From contig JAKLKB010000052.1 in assembly GCA_023150835.1 (NCBI GenBank), positions 1-41,967 of the forward strand: a stretch of DNA of 41,967 nt, read 5' to 3'. The translations under genes and the position numbers were made by a program. This stretch comes from Myxococcota bacterium. Its GTDB lineage: Bacteria; Myxococcota_C; UBA6777. The notes beneath the pieces were generated by a model. It saw only the letters and a list, made by a program, of their open reading frames with translations. It was not told where the DNA came from and ran no database searches. Below, one piece after another: positions 1 through 9,099 of this stretch (positions are counted from its first letter, which is position 1; the number at the start of each line of letters is the position of its first letter).

Positions 1-132
1 GACGCACGCTGTATGCACGAAATGCAGACGCTGCCCGTTCCAACTTCCCCCCGTTGGCCGGGGGGATTGAGGGGGGGAGAAAAAAAAGGCGATCAAGACC
101 GACTCTACGAGGTTTCCACCTTAACAAGGCGC

Positions 133-198
133 GTATGGGGGCTGCCCCCTGTGGCTGCCCGATTACAGCCCGTCTACCAATTCACTTGGATATCGTAT
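133..198 (+). repeat. Partial (right-half) copy of the 115-bp REP-containing element
   Basis: GGGCTGCCCCCTGTGGCTGCCC hairpin and terminal GGATATCGTAT, as in the copies at 7674 and 20986. Confidence 0.65.
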
Positions 199-200
199 GA

Positions 201-2000
201 TTACGGGTGCGTGATCGGTCGATTGAGGGGAAGATCGTTGGCGAGGAAGCGAAGATAAGCCACAAGGGTCCAGAGGCGGGCATCTTTGGTCCGATGATCA
301 GGCTGGGCGATCGGGATCGGGACAAGGCGTGCATGACGTTCTTGCGCGGGCTGATCGAGCAGCGCGGTGTGTGGGCCCGCGATAATCGAAAAAGCCAGAT
401 CCCGCGTTCCAGACCCGCAACGGAACAACCCTTGGCGAAAGTCGCGGATACGATAATTTCGATACGGGCCTTTTGTTCGCGCATCCACCGCAGGGATCTG
501 GATCACGTGGCCTTCGCCTTTTTCGCCATGACACGAGCCACATCGCTGTTCACGATACACCCCCATCCCTTGCCAAACGCGAAACATCGTATTGCGTTGA
601 TCCTCTAGCCACTTGCGTTGAGCTTTGCGCTCTTCTTCTTCGCGCCACGTCGCATAGTTTCGATATCCTTGGCGCTGCAGCCAGTATTCGAACTCATGCA
701 GGGTAAACGTGCCGCCATCGTATGGATCTTTTTCGATTTCTGCGGGTTTCGTGCGTACAAGGTTGGCGGTCCGTGTCCAAACACGCCGCGTTTGAACGCC
801 CAGCCATCCGAAAAGTTGAAACGATTTTTGGGGTTTCAATTTGACTTCACGAAAACGCTTTCGCATATCGCGCATAAAATAGCGCATAAACGAGGAGCGT
901 CCACCTTTTTTCCGCCACGCTTCGAGGGTCTCCGGGAATTTCCGCATATGTTCCGACGCCCAATCTGCACGCGACAACCGCACGCGGCGCGGATCCGAAC
1001 GCAGCCACTGACCAAAGGCCAGCCATTCCATCCTGTCCTTCCACTCGGGAAAAGAGTCTTTGCTCGGGGCCGAGTCCTGCGGCTGTTTTCCCAGCCACGC
1101 TCTATGCCGCTCGTGCCACCAATTTTCGTACCAAGCAACAAAGTCACGGCGTTGAAGCTGCCGATATGTCGGGGGGTACGGGCGCAGGTGCTTGAGATAC
1201 TCGCTCGGTTCGCCCTCTTTGTTGAGGTAGATCAACTGGCGAACATATTCCGCAAGCGAAGCGATCTGCCACTCGCGCAAAGACCGCCCGATCGGCAACA
1301 TCCCGGCTTCGGGGATCCCTCGCTTGAGCGTGCGGATGATATCTTCGGTATTGGGCAGACGGGACGAGCGGCACAAGATGTTTTTGTGGTTGGTCAGATC
1401 AGGCAGTTCTCGCTCCAGCTTTGCGGCCAACACCCCGTCCCCTCGACCTGATGCGCCATGACAAGACGCACACATCCGACGATACAAGCGCCGACCTTCG
1501 TCCAAACGGATACTCACACTGCTTGCTTGCGTACGCTCCAACTCCGACTGTCCGCCGCGATGCTCTGCTTTGATCTGTCGATTCAAATACAGCAAGAGCT
1601 TTTCACCTTCAGGACGCAGCATCCAATCCCCCGCTTTGTCGCGGGTTAACAGATGCGGCTGGGCAGAGGCACTTTTGTTGTGAGAAAGCTTCCGTGGTGC
1701 CAACAGATAAGCCATCAGCCACTCACGCGAAAGCGGCTCGCGCAAAAGCTCGCCCCACCGTTGTTCTTTGGCATAGGGGTGATCGTAAGACCAAAGGCCC
1801 GACAAACGAAAAACTTCGCGCCCCGCCCGGATATCCGCCGCCAAGGACGGACGGATATCGGCTTTCGACGGCATCAATAGGTTTCCCCACACCACGATCG
1901 CCAAACCCAAAGACGCCAAAGATGAAAACAATCCCCAACTGATCCAACGCCCTCGGATGTTTGGGCTGTTCGGTAATTTTTCCTCTTGTTGTTCCGTCAT
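201..2000 (-). CDS. Membrane-anchored di-heme c-type cytochrome
   Basis: Two CxxCH motifs (CASCH, CGSCH) and an N-terminal hydrophobic helix. Start moved to ATG 2000 (MTEQQ), which follows GGAG. Confidence 0.8.
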   Translation of the reverse strand: MTEQQEEKLPNSPNIRGRWISWGLFSSLASLGLAIVVWGNLLMPSKADIRPSLAADIRAGREVFRLSGLWSYDHPYAKEQRWGELLREPLSREWLMAYLLAPRKLSHNKSASAQPHLLTRDKAGDWMLRPEGEKLLLYLNRQIKAEHRGGQSELERTQASSVSIRLDEGRRLYRRMCASCHGASGRGDGVLAAKLERELPDLTNHKNILCRSSRLPNTEDIIRTLKRGIPEAGMLPIGRSLREWQIASLAEYVRQLIYLNKEGEPSEYLKHLRPYPPTYRQLQRRDFVAWYENWWHERHRAWLGKQPQDSAPSKDSFPEWKDRMEWLAFGQWLRSDPRRVRLSRADWASEHMRKFPETLEAWRKKGGRSSFMRYFMRDMRKRFREVKLKPQKSFQLFGWLGVQTRRVWTRTANLVRTKPAEIEKDPYDGGTFTLHEFEYWLQRQGYRNYATWREEEERKAQRKWLEDQRNTMFRVWQGMGVYREQRCGSCHGEKGEGHVIQIPAVDARTKGPYRNYRIRDFRQGLFRCGSGTRDLAFSIIAGPHTALLDQPAQERHARLVPIPIAQPDHRTKDARLWTLVAYLRFLANDLPLNRPITHP

Positions 2001-2115
2001 CAACTCCGCAACCTCCACAACGCACATCGTTCGATATCGCCGACAAGAGCGCTGACTTCGCAGATCCTTCGGCACTTCTCAAAAGGGTCTCAGCTTACAA
2101 GCTTCGTGCAGTCTG

Positions 2116-2631
2116 TCAAGCCGTCCCTTCGGTGCGGGTGGCGTTTGCTTGCATACGCTCTCGGTAGTGTTGTTCGAGACTTTGTTGACGTGTGATCACC
2201 GAGGCTTCGAGCGTTGCGAGATCGGCCTTGGCCTCGATCAGTTCTTCGGGATGCGCCGAAGGCCAAACCAACAACTCCCGCAAACCAAGATCCATGATCG
2301 CTTTGTCCGAACGATGGACATTTTCCATAAAGATCTTGAGATCTTCTTCGCCACGCGCCTTCCACACCCAACGAAACAACGGCAACAGATACACCAGCAC
2401 CGCAACGGAAAATGCCACAGATCCCGACATCCCGACCCCGACGCCGATCCCGATCAACACCCCGATGCTTGCCACAGCCAAAAGCAACGCAGCGGGGCGA
2501 ACCAGACCCCGATACAAGCGCTTGACACGCGCATCGATTCGCGCTTGCGCAAGGTCGTTGCGCGCATAATCCAAATAAGAGATCCCTTCAAAAAACAAGA
2601 CTCTTTCTTCTTCATGTAGTTTGTTCGCCAT
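2116..2631 (-). CDS. Hypothetical membrane protein (2 TM plus C-terminal coiled coil)
   Basis: ORF with two hydrophobic stretches; GAGGTGTGGAG precedes ATG 2631. Confidence 0.7.
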   Translation of the reverse strand: MANKLHEEERVLFFEGISYLDYARNDLAQARIDARVKRLYRGLVRPAALLLAVASIGVLIGIGVGVGMSGSVAFSVAVLVYLLPLFRWVWKARGEEDLKIFMENVHRSDKAIMDLGLRELLVWPSAHPEELIEAKADLATLEASVITRQQSLEQHYRERMQANATRTEGTA

Positions 2632-2642
2632 CTCCACACCTC

Positions 2643-2755
2643 ATACGATATCCGAGTGATGTGTACACGAAGGAGGGTACGAAGACGCCCTGTGGTTGGG
2701 CAGACGCGGGGGACTGCCCCTACATCTTTACGCACACAACGGGCAGATCTCGTGT
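2643..2755 (-). repeat. 115-bp TIR-bounded REP element, degenerate copy
   Basis: Starts ATACGATATCCG, contains ...CTGCCCCTAC, ends CAGATCTCGTGT; collinear with the 19333-19447 copy. Confidence 0.75.
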
Positions 2756-3714
2756 CACCGTGTTGTGTAATACGGGCAACCTTTTTCAGGTGCAACGGGG
2801 TAGGCCCCTCGTGCGTTTAAGATGCCCAACCAACGGGCTTCCTCACGCTGCATCAACAGATCCAAACGAGCGATCGCTTGTTGTTGCGCAGGAGGGCGGG
2901 ACGCGGATTGTTCGCGCAAAGCAACCAGATCCGACCAAGAGACCTCTGCCTTGTATCCGAGGATCTCAAACGGATCCGTTGCAGAGAAGTCCGATTCAAG
3001 CAGATGCCGTTTGAGCAAGCGCGCTACTTCAAAAAACCGCTGTGTGCCTTCGACATCGCCCGCTTCGTTGACATTGGGCGGCGGGGCTTTTTCAAGACGG
3101 TTCGCCCACTGCGGAAGATCGCGCAGATACAGCGTCGTCAATAAGTGATGAAAGCGCCCCATGATGCCTTTTTGGTGGCGTGCCAACAAGATCTGGCGCG
3201 GGTCGATCACGTTGTTTTGGCTTTGCTCCATAACCTCTTCGGCGAGCTTTGTCAGTTCGTTGATTAGCGCGATGGTTTCTTCGAGCGCAAGGGGCGGAGC
3301 CAACTTTGCGCGTTGGCGTGCAGCATCCCGCGACCGTGTCAATTGTTCACAATTCGGCGTTGGAAACAGCAGATCATCCCGACGATACGGCGTTGTCGAG
3401 AAAGACTTCCCACAGGCCCCGCAGGTGTAAGGCTTGTTCAGAAGCTCGTCCTGCTTTGCGCACACCGTTCCAAAACCGATGCTTTGGAGTCCTTCAGCGG
3501 TGTAGCGCTTGCGCGAGTGCCGAAAACGCCAACCCACCACCAACAACCCCACACCCAGCACAAAGCAAAACACCAAGTGATTCCAACGCATCACCAGCGC
3601 TGAACCCCGCAGCGTAACAAACAAGCCCCACCCTCCGACAACAAAACACAAACTGGCAAGGCCAAGGCTCATCCCCCATCGCAGCGCGATCTTGTCTTGC
3701 GGGTATATTTCCAC
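2755..3714 (-). CDS. Hypothetical membrane protein (2 TM, CxxC motif, helical C-terminus)
   Basis: 319-aa ORF with two N-terminal TM helices and YTCGACGK; GTG start uncertain. Confidence 0.65.
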   Translation of the reverse strand: MEIYPQDKIALRWGMSLGLASLCFVVGGWGLFVTLRGSALVMRWNHLVFCFVLGVGLLVVGWRFRHSRKRYTAEGLQSIGFGTVCAKQDELLNKPYTCGACGKSFSTTPYRRDDLLFPTPNCEQLTRSRDAARQRAKLAPPLALEETIALINELTKLAEEVMEQSQNNVIDPRQILLARHQKGIMGRFHHLLTTLYLRDLPQWANRLEKAPPPNVNEAGDVEGTQRFFEVARLLKRHLLESDFSATDPFEILGYKAEVSWSDLVALREQSASRPPAQQQAIARLDLLMQREEARWLGILNARGAYPVAPEKGCPYYTTR

Positions 3715-3815
3715 GGTCTTCTGTTCCTATGCTTCATGGCGGCAGACCCGCCGAATGAACGGCCATCACGTCATCCGCAAAGGCGCAACGCGCCCTATCC
3801 AAGGAGGTTTTTGCG

Positions 3816-4091
3816 ATGAGACACGTTCGAATGTACGCAACACCTTATTGTCCCTATTGTATCCGCGCTAGGCAACTCCTTTCCAAAAAAGGCGTCCCCT
3901 ACGAAGAGATCAATGTGGCCGGCCAACCCGCCCTTCGCCAAGAGATGACGCAAAAAGCAGGTCGCTACACCGTACCGCAGATCTTTATCGACGACCAGCC
4001 GATCGGAGGATGCGATGAGCTGTATGCCCTTGAACGCAACGGCCAATTGGATCGAATGCTCGCCTCTGAAAGAGAAGACTCATGCAATTGA
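3816..4091 (+). CDS. grxC: Glutaredoxin 3
   Basis: CPYC active site, TVPQIFI and IGGCDEL motifs; AGGAGG RBS. Confidence 0.95.
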   Translation: MRHVRMYATPYCPYCIRARQLLSKKGVPYEEINVAGQPALRQEMTQKAGRYTVPQIFIDDQPIGGCDELYALERNGQLDRMLASEREDSCN

Positions 4092-4220
4092 TTTTGTGGG
4101 GCGCTGCCTCACGCCCCGCAAGGGGTCGCCGCCCCCTTGACCCCATGTTGGCGGAACGAGCAGGCGTTTTTCACACAGACGACTCTCCCGCTTGAAGTGA
4201 TGCGAACACGGCTTTTTGTC
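4092..4220 (-). repeat. ~128-bp double-hairpin dispersed element (family B), inverted copy
   Basis: Reverse complement aligns end to end with 4681-4808 (GTGTTCG...TTCAAGCGG...CCGCCAACA.GGGGTCAAGGGG...CCCTTG.GGGGCGTG...CCCCAC). Confidence 0.8.
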
Positions 4221-4269
4221 GATTGGGGGGCTGTCGGCAAGGAAAAGGTCGTTAGGGCGAACAAACGTG

Positions 4270-4495
4270 GATTTCCCGGTCGGGAGATCTCCGTTAGAGC
4301 GATCGTATGAAGATTTCCCGGTCGGGAGATCTCCGTTAGAGCGATCGTATGAAGATTTCCCGGTCGGGAGATCTCCGTTAGAGCGATTGTATGAAGATTT
4401 CCCGGTCGGGAGATCTCCGTTAGAGCGATCGTATGAAGATTTCCCGGTCGAGAGATCTCCGTTAGAACGATCGTATGAAGATTTCCGGGTCGGAA
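4270..4495. repeat. 42-bp tandem array, ~5.4 copies
   Basis: Unit GATTTCCCGGTCGGGAGATCTCCGTTAGAGCGATCGTATGAA starting at 4270, 4312, 4354, 4396, 4438, 4480; no spacers. Confidence 0.95.
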
Positions 4496-4680
4496 ACTCG
4501 ACGTTGGGGTGGGCGTATGACGATCTTTGTGGGCAGGCCGAAGGCAACCTCCCCCGATGCAACACGCAAGATAACGGTGGTGCGGCTTCTCGGCCCCCGC
4601 CCTTGACTCGCAAAGCAACGTTGCTAGGATCAGCTTTCTTTTTCGCTTTTTTCCGGCAGGGATAAGCGTTACGCGGTTGG

Positions 4681-4808
4681 CAAAAACCCCTGTGTTCGTG
4701 GAGGTTCAAGCGGCTGTGCTGTTCGTTTGAAAAACCTTCGTTCGCTCCGCCAACACGGGGTCAAGGGGCCTTCGGTCCCTTGTGGGGCGTGGGGTGAAAC
4801 CCCACCAC
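4681..4808 (+). repeat. ~128-bp double-hairpin dispersed element (family B)
   Basis: Closely matches 8037-8164; hairpins CAAGGG/CCCTTG and GTGGGG/CCCCAC. Confidence 0.85.
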
Positions 4809-4952
4809 ACAAAGCCATCGCGTGACACCTACCGAAGTCTAAACGGCGCCGTGCGCGACAACTTCCAAATCGACACAAAGCCATCGCGTGACGCCTACCG
4901 AAGCCGAAACATTCCAAACCCAACGTTTGGTTGGGAGAAACAGGAGCATTGG

Positions 4953-7349
4953 ATGATCTTGCACACAAAGCTTTCCCAGAGGGGATGGCTTTTTGTGGCG
5001 TGCGTTTGTTTGTTGTGGACCGCGTGTGGCGGTAGCGGCATCGGGCAACCCTGCCAACGAGCCGAAGACTGCCTACCCGAGCTGGTGTGTGTTCAGGGAA
5101 CTTGCCAAGAAAAAGCCACCGAAAAGGTCGCCGAGTCCGTTGTTTCGGAACCTTCGTTGGAGATCGATCAAGAGAAAAGCAGCCCCGAACGCCCCGAAGA
5201 TACGGTTCCAGACGACAGCGAAGCCACAAAAGACACCACCCCTGACGCAAGCGAGACCACAAAAGACGAGCCAAGTCCATCGGATGACTCTCAAGGAGAG
5301 ACCAACCCAGAACAAGCCCTACCCGATTCGGATGAGGTTCGCCTCACCCGCATTGAAGGAGAGGCGACAGAAACACCTGTGGTTTACCCACCGAATGCGC
5401 CCGCCCTCCAAGGTGTGATCGAGGCGAAAAAACGCTTTCGGCGCACTTGGGTTCTACACGGGCAGAATCTGGATCGATTGGACGGGTTGCGGATGACCTC
5501 CGTCGACGATCCCAAGGTTGTAATCGATCAATCCAATGGTTTGGTGATGGAACAAGGAGCAGATCCAATGAAAAGAACGGTTCAATTACCCGCGATGTTG
5601 GCAGCGGGACTTTATACGTTGGTTGGTTTTGTTGGGACGCAAAATATCGCGTTCGGTCAAGTCTATGTGCTTCAAGGAGACAAAGGGGAAAAAGGGGACA
5701 AGGGAGAGCGTGGAGAACAAGGCAGCGCGGGTACGGGCTGCAACGTGGCAAAAGTAGAAGCCGACGCAAACGGCAACACGCTGATGACGCTGAATTGCGG
5801 TGGAACTTCAACGGTTGTGACCATCGCAAAAGGCCCCAAAGGGGACACAGGCTCCCAAGGGCCAAAGGGCGACAAAGGCGATACGGGAACTCAAGGGCCA
5901 AAGGGCGACAAAGGCGATACGGGAACTCAGGGACCCCAAGGACTCAAAGGCGATAAAGGCGATACGGGAGTCCAAGGGCCGCAGGGGTTAAAGGGCGATA
6001 CGGGAGTCCAAGGACCACAGGGGTTAAAGGGCGATACGGGAGCCCAAGGGCCGCAGGGGTTAAAGGGCGATACGGGAGCCCAAGGACCAAAGGGAGACAT
6101 CGGCCTCCAAGGACCAAAAGGAGACAAAGGCGACGGTTTTGATGCTGCAACGCTCACTTACGTCAGCGGCCTCAAAACACATTTGCTGGTCGACACAAGC
6201 AACAAACGGCTGACGGTCACCAACGCAAACCTCCAGATCGTCAACGGTTTAGGGAGTACAGCATCGAAGAATGCTTTAGGAAACCTGATCATCGGCTACA
6301 ACGAATCACCCTACCCCATCGTGCGCACCGGCTCGCATAACCTAGTGATCGGTGGAGAGAACGGGTACGAGAGTTACGGCGGCATGGTGGTGGGTACAGC
6401 AAGCGCGATCAAAGGCGCATACAGCGTTGTCTCAGGCGGAGCCAGCAATACCGCGAGCGGGGACTACAGCAACGTCTCGGGTGGCGTGGCGAACCATGCA
6501 AGCGAGAAATACAGCAGCGTCTCGGGTGGCTACAGCAACAAAGCAGCCGGTGAGTACAGCAGCGTCTTGGGTGGTATGGGAAACACCGCGAGCGGAAAAT
6601 ACAGCAGCGTTTCGGGCGGCAGCACCAACACCGCAAGCGGCGAAAGCAGTAGCGTCTCGGGTGGCAGCAGCAACACCGCAAACGGTGTTTCCAGCAGTGT
6701 CTCGGGAGGCAACACCAACACCGCAAACGGCAGTTCCAGCAGTATCTCGGGAGGCAACACCAACACCGCAGACGGTGCTTCCAGCAGTGTTTCGGGTGGT
6801 GGCAGCAACACCGCGAGCGTGGACTACAGCAACGTCTCGGGTGGTGTAGCGAACCGTGCGGGTGGAAAGTTCAGCAGCATTTCGGGCGGGTACAGCAACA
6901 CCACAAGCAACGAATACAGCAGCGTCTTGGGTGGTATAGGAAACACCGCGAGCGGAAAATACAGCAGCGTCTCGGGTGGCAGCACCAACGCCGCAAGCGG
7001 CGAGAGCAGCAGCATATCGGGTGGCGGCAGCAACAAAGCGATCGGTGTTTTCAGCAGCGTCTCGGGTGGTTATACCAACACCGCGAGCGGAAAATACAGC
7101 AGCGTTTCGGGCGGAAGCACCAATACCGCAAGCGGCGAGAGCAGCAGCGTCTCTGCTGGTTACAGCAACACCGCGAGCGGCGAGCTTGGCAGTGTCTCTG
7201 GCGGCAGCACCAACACCGCAAGCAGCATAAGTAGCAGTGTCACGGGTGGTTACGGCAACAAAGCCGCTGGCGTGTACGGACTTGTTTGCGGGGGAGCTTT
7301 AAAGGGTTTGATCACGATGCACGGTGTCTTTTGCGTGCATGATCCTTGA
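4953..7349 (+). CDS. Lipoprotein fibre/adhesin with collagen triple-helix repeats and 14-aa SSVSGGxxNTASGx repeats
   Basis: AGGAG before ATG 4953; lipobox LWTAC; Cys-rich module; acidic linker; Gly-X-Y repeats; about 20 14-aa beta-roll-type repeats. Confidence 0.85.
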   Translation: MILHTKLSQRGWLFVACVCLLWTACGGSGIGQPCQRAEDCLPELVCVQGTCQEKATEKVAESVVSEPSLEIDQEKSSPERPEDTVPDDSEATKDTTPDASETTKDEPSPSDDSQGETNPEQALPDSDEVRLTRIEGEATETPVVYPPNAPALQGVIEAKKRFRRTWVLHGQNLDRLDGLRMTSVDDPKVVIDQSNGLVMEQGADPMKRTVQLPAMLAAGLYTLVGFVGTQNIAFGQVYVLQGDKGEKGDKGERGEQGSAGTGCNVAKVEADANGNTLMTLNCGGTSTVVTIAKGPKGDTGSQGPKGDKGDTGTQGPKGDKGDTGTQGPQGLKGDKGDTGVQGPQGLKGDTGVQGPQGLKGDTGAQGPQGLKGDTGAQGPKGDIGLQGPKGDKGDGFDAATLTYVSGLKTHLLVDTSNKRLTVTNANLQIVNGLGSTASKNALGNLIIGYNESPYPIVRTGSHNLVIGGENGYESYGGMVVGTASAIKGAYSVVSGGASNTASGDYSNVSGGVANHASEKYSSVSGGYSNKAAGEYSSVLGGMGNTASGKYSSVSGGSTNTASGESSSVSGGSSNTANGVSSSVSGGNTNTANGSSSSISGGNTNTADGASSSVSGGGSNTASVDYSNVSGGVANRAGGKFSSISGGYSNTTSNEYSSVLGGIGNTASGKYSSVSGGSTNAASGESSSISGGGSNKAIGVFSSVSGGYTNTASGKYSSVSGGSTNTASGESSSVSAGYSNTASGELGSVSGGSTNTASSISSSVTGGYGNKAAGVYGLVCGGALKGLITMHGVFCVHDP

Positions 7350-7434
7350 TAGGATGTGCGCGACTTCGGGAGAGAGGTGAAAGGAGGGGGTACAAAACGC
7401 GGGCATCATGCAGAGGGCACAGCAAAGAAGAGTC

Positions 7435-7492
7435 CACGGAAAGCACGGAAAGCACGGAAAGCACGGAAAGCACGGAAAACACGGAAAACACG
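7435..7492. repeat. 9-bp tandem repeat CACGGAAA(G/A), ~6 copies
   Basis: Directly visible in the sequence. Confidence 0.9.
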
Positions 7493-7673
7493 GCGGCAGG
7501 GTTTTTCTGTTCGCTCGGGCATTTTGCCTTGCTGTCCTTTTGCCTTGCAGCGAGGCCTCGCGAGCATCGCAGGGCGAGGGGATGCCCGATGGGCAGGGGT
7601 GCGGGTGATACGACAAGCCCCCCGTCAGATTCCCTCCGATGGTTGGGCTTTACAGACGATGTGTCCGAGTGTT

Positions 7674-7788
7674 ATACGAAATCCGCCCGTTGTGTAATCG
7701 TAAAGATGTAGGGGCAGCCCCCTGTGGCTGCCCTATAATCGGTCGTTTACGTACTCTCCGTTGTGTACATATCGCTCGGGTATCGTAT
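7674..7788 (+). repeat. 115-bp TIR-bounded REP element
   Basis: ATACGAAATCCG ... GTAGGGGCAGCCCCCTGTGGCTGCCC ... CGGGTATCGTAT. Confidence 0.85.
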
Positions 7789-8015
7789 TCGCCTCCTGTG
7801 GCTGCCCTATAATCGGTCGTTTACGTACTCTCCGTTGCGTATATGTCGCTCGGATATCGTATTCGCCCGCTGTGGCTGCCCTATAATCGGTCGTTTACGT
7901 ACTCTCCGTTGTGTACACGTCGCTCGGATATCGTATTCGCCTCCTGTGGCTGCCCTATAATCGGTCGTTTACGTACTCTCCGTTGTGTACACGTCGCTCG
8001 GATATCGTATTCGCC
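7721..8015 (+). repeat. 74-bp tandem array, 4 copies, derived from the right half of the REP element
   Basis: Units start at 7721, 7795, 7869 and 7943. Confidence 0.95.
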
Positions 8016-8036
8016 GCATATGGTGCCTCGACATCA

Positions 8037-8164
8037 TAAAACCCCCCGTGTTCGTGGAGGTTCAAGCGGCACAGACGCTTTTCAAACCAGCGTCTGTCCG
8101 CCCCGCCAAAACGGGGTCAAGGGGCCAACGGTCCCTTGTGGGGCGTGGGGTGAAACCCCACAAA
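8037..8164 (+). repeat. ~128-bp double-hairpin dispersed element (family B)
   Basis: Direct copy of 4681-4808 with a variable central segment. Confidence 0.85.
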
Positions 8165-8274
8165 AACAAGCCCACAAAAACAAATCCCAAACGGGACGGG
8201 GAAAAGAAAGCACCAAGGGAGAGAGGCGAAAGGAGGGGGAAAAGCGAGAAGGCGAGCAAAGCAGGGGGAGGAGA

Positions 8275-8988
8275 TTATTTGGGGAGACAAGCACCGAAGC
8301 CGGAAGCAAGGCGCTTACAGAGGGTGTTGGCTTTGATGGACTGACAGTTTTTGACGTTGGTGGCTTCGTCATCAGCGGGGATGCACTCAGGTTCGCAAGT
8401 GCCGACGCTTCCAGAACCACGGACATCGACGCAGATCAAGCCCGTGTCGCAACCGCCGTAGCGGATCAAGCATTGCGCGCCTTGGGGGTGGCGGATGACG
8501 GCTTTGTAGCTACCGCTGCCGTAAAGCTGGCCGGGGATGTAGATGCAATATCCAACCGTTTTGCCGTCGCTGGTGCTCAACTCAAGGCAGTTTTCAGGGA
8601 GCAAACAATCGGGGTTTTGGATATCGCCCGTCCCTTTTTTGGGATCGCAAGGATAGAAGCAAAGTGCGTCTCCAAGGAGGTTTTGGCACGACTGCTCGCC
8701 CGACTGGGGAGTGATCCGCCCGCTGCAATCGGCGCTACCCGTGCAGGGAGAAAGATGGGTGACGGGAACGTATTTGGGGGGCGTTCCTGTGGCGTAGGGT
8801 TTGGGGAAAGGATCGTAATCTTTGCCTTCGGGGCGTTTGGCTTCGGGACGATCTTCGGGATTGAGGGGTCCGTCGACGGTGCCGGGGGGTTTGCTTGGGT
8901 CACCACAGGCACCGAATCCAACGGCGGCGATCATCAACATAGCTGCGAGCAAGATCGCACGGTGCCAGAGGGAGAGAAGATTTCGCAT
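8275..8988 (-). CDS. Cys-rich lipoprotein
   Basis: Signal peptide with lipobox FGAC, Pro-rich linker, many paired Cys; AAGGAG upstream. Confidence 0.8.
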   Translation of the reverse strand: MRNLLSLWHRAILLAAMLMIAAVGFGACGDPSKPPGTVDGPLNPEDRPEAKRPEGKDYDPFPKPYATGTPPKYVPVTHLSPCTGSADCSGRITPQSGEQSCQNLLGDALCFYPCDPKKGTGDIQNPDCLLPENCLELSTSDGKTVGYCIYIPGQLYGSGSYKAVIRHPQGAQCLIRYGGCDTGLICVDVRGSGSVGTCEPECIPADDEATNVKNCQSIKANTLCKRLASGFGACLPK

Positions 8989-9050
8989 ACTTGCTTGGCT
9001 CCTTATACATTTCGGAAACTGGCCTGTCTGGGAGACAGGGGCAAAAACGC

Positions 9051-9081
9051 CAAAAGAGGCCCTTTGCGAGAGCCTCTTTTG
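9051..9081. terminator. Intrinsic terminator-like hairpin, possibly bidirectional
   Basis: CAAAAGAGGC-N11-GCCTCTTTTG just downstream of the stop codon at 9100. Confidence 0.7.
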
Positions 9082-9099
9082 GTGGAAGGCGGGTACAGA

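Noticed and set aside
44-88. C/G-run hairpin followed by G and A runs
   Set aside because: Probably another short palindromic repeat or terminator, but it is a single copy at the window edge and cannot be assigned.
4270-4495. CRISPR array call for the 42-bp repeat
   Set aside because: Units are contiguous and nearly identical, with no unique spacers and no cas genes.
4080-4709. Repeat-peptide ORFs across the 42-bp array
   Set aside because: Open in several frames on both strands because the unit is a multiple of 3; they also run through dispersed repeat elements.
4807-4910. Two ~38-bp repeats ending in AAAC with a 28-bp gap (mini-CRISPR look-alike)
   Set aside because: Only two copies, and similarity continues beyond the repeat (TTCCAAA), so it is better explained as a local duplication.
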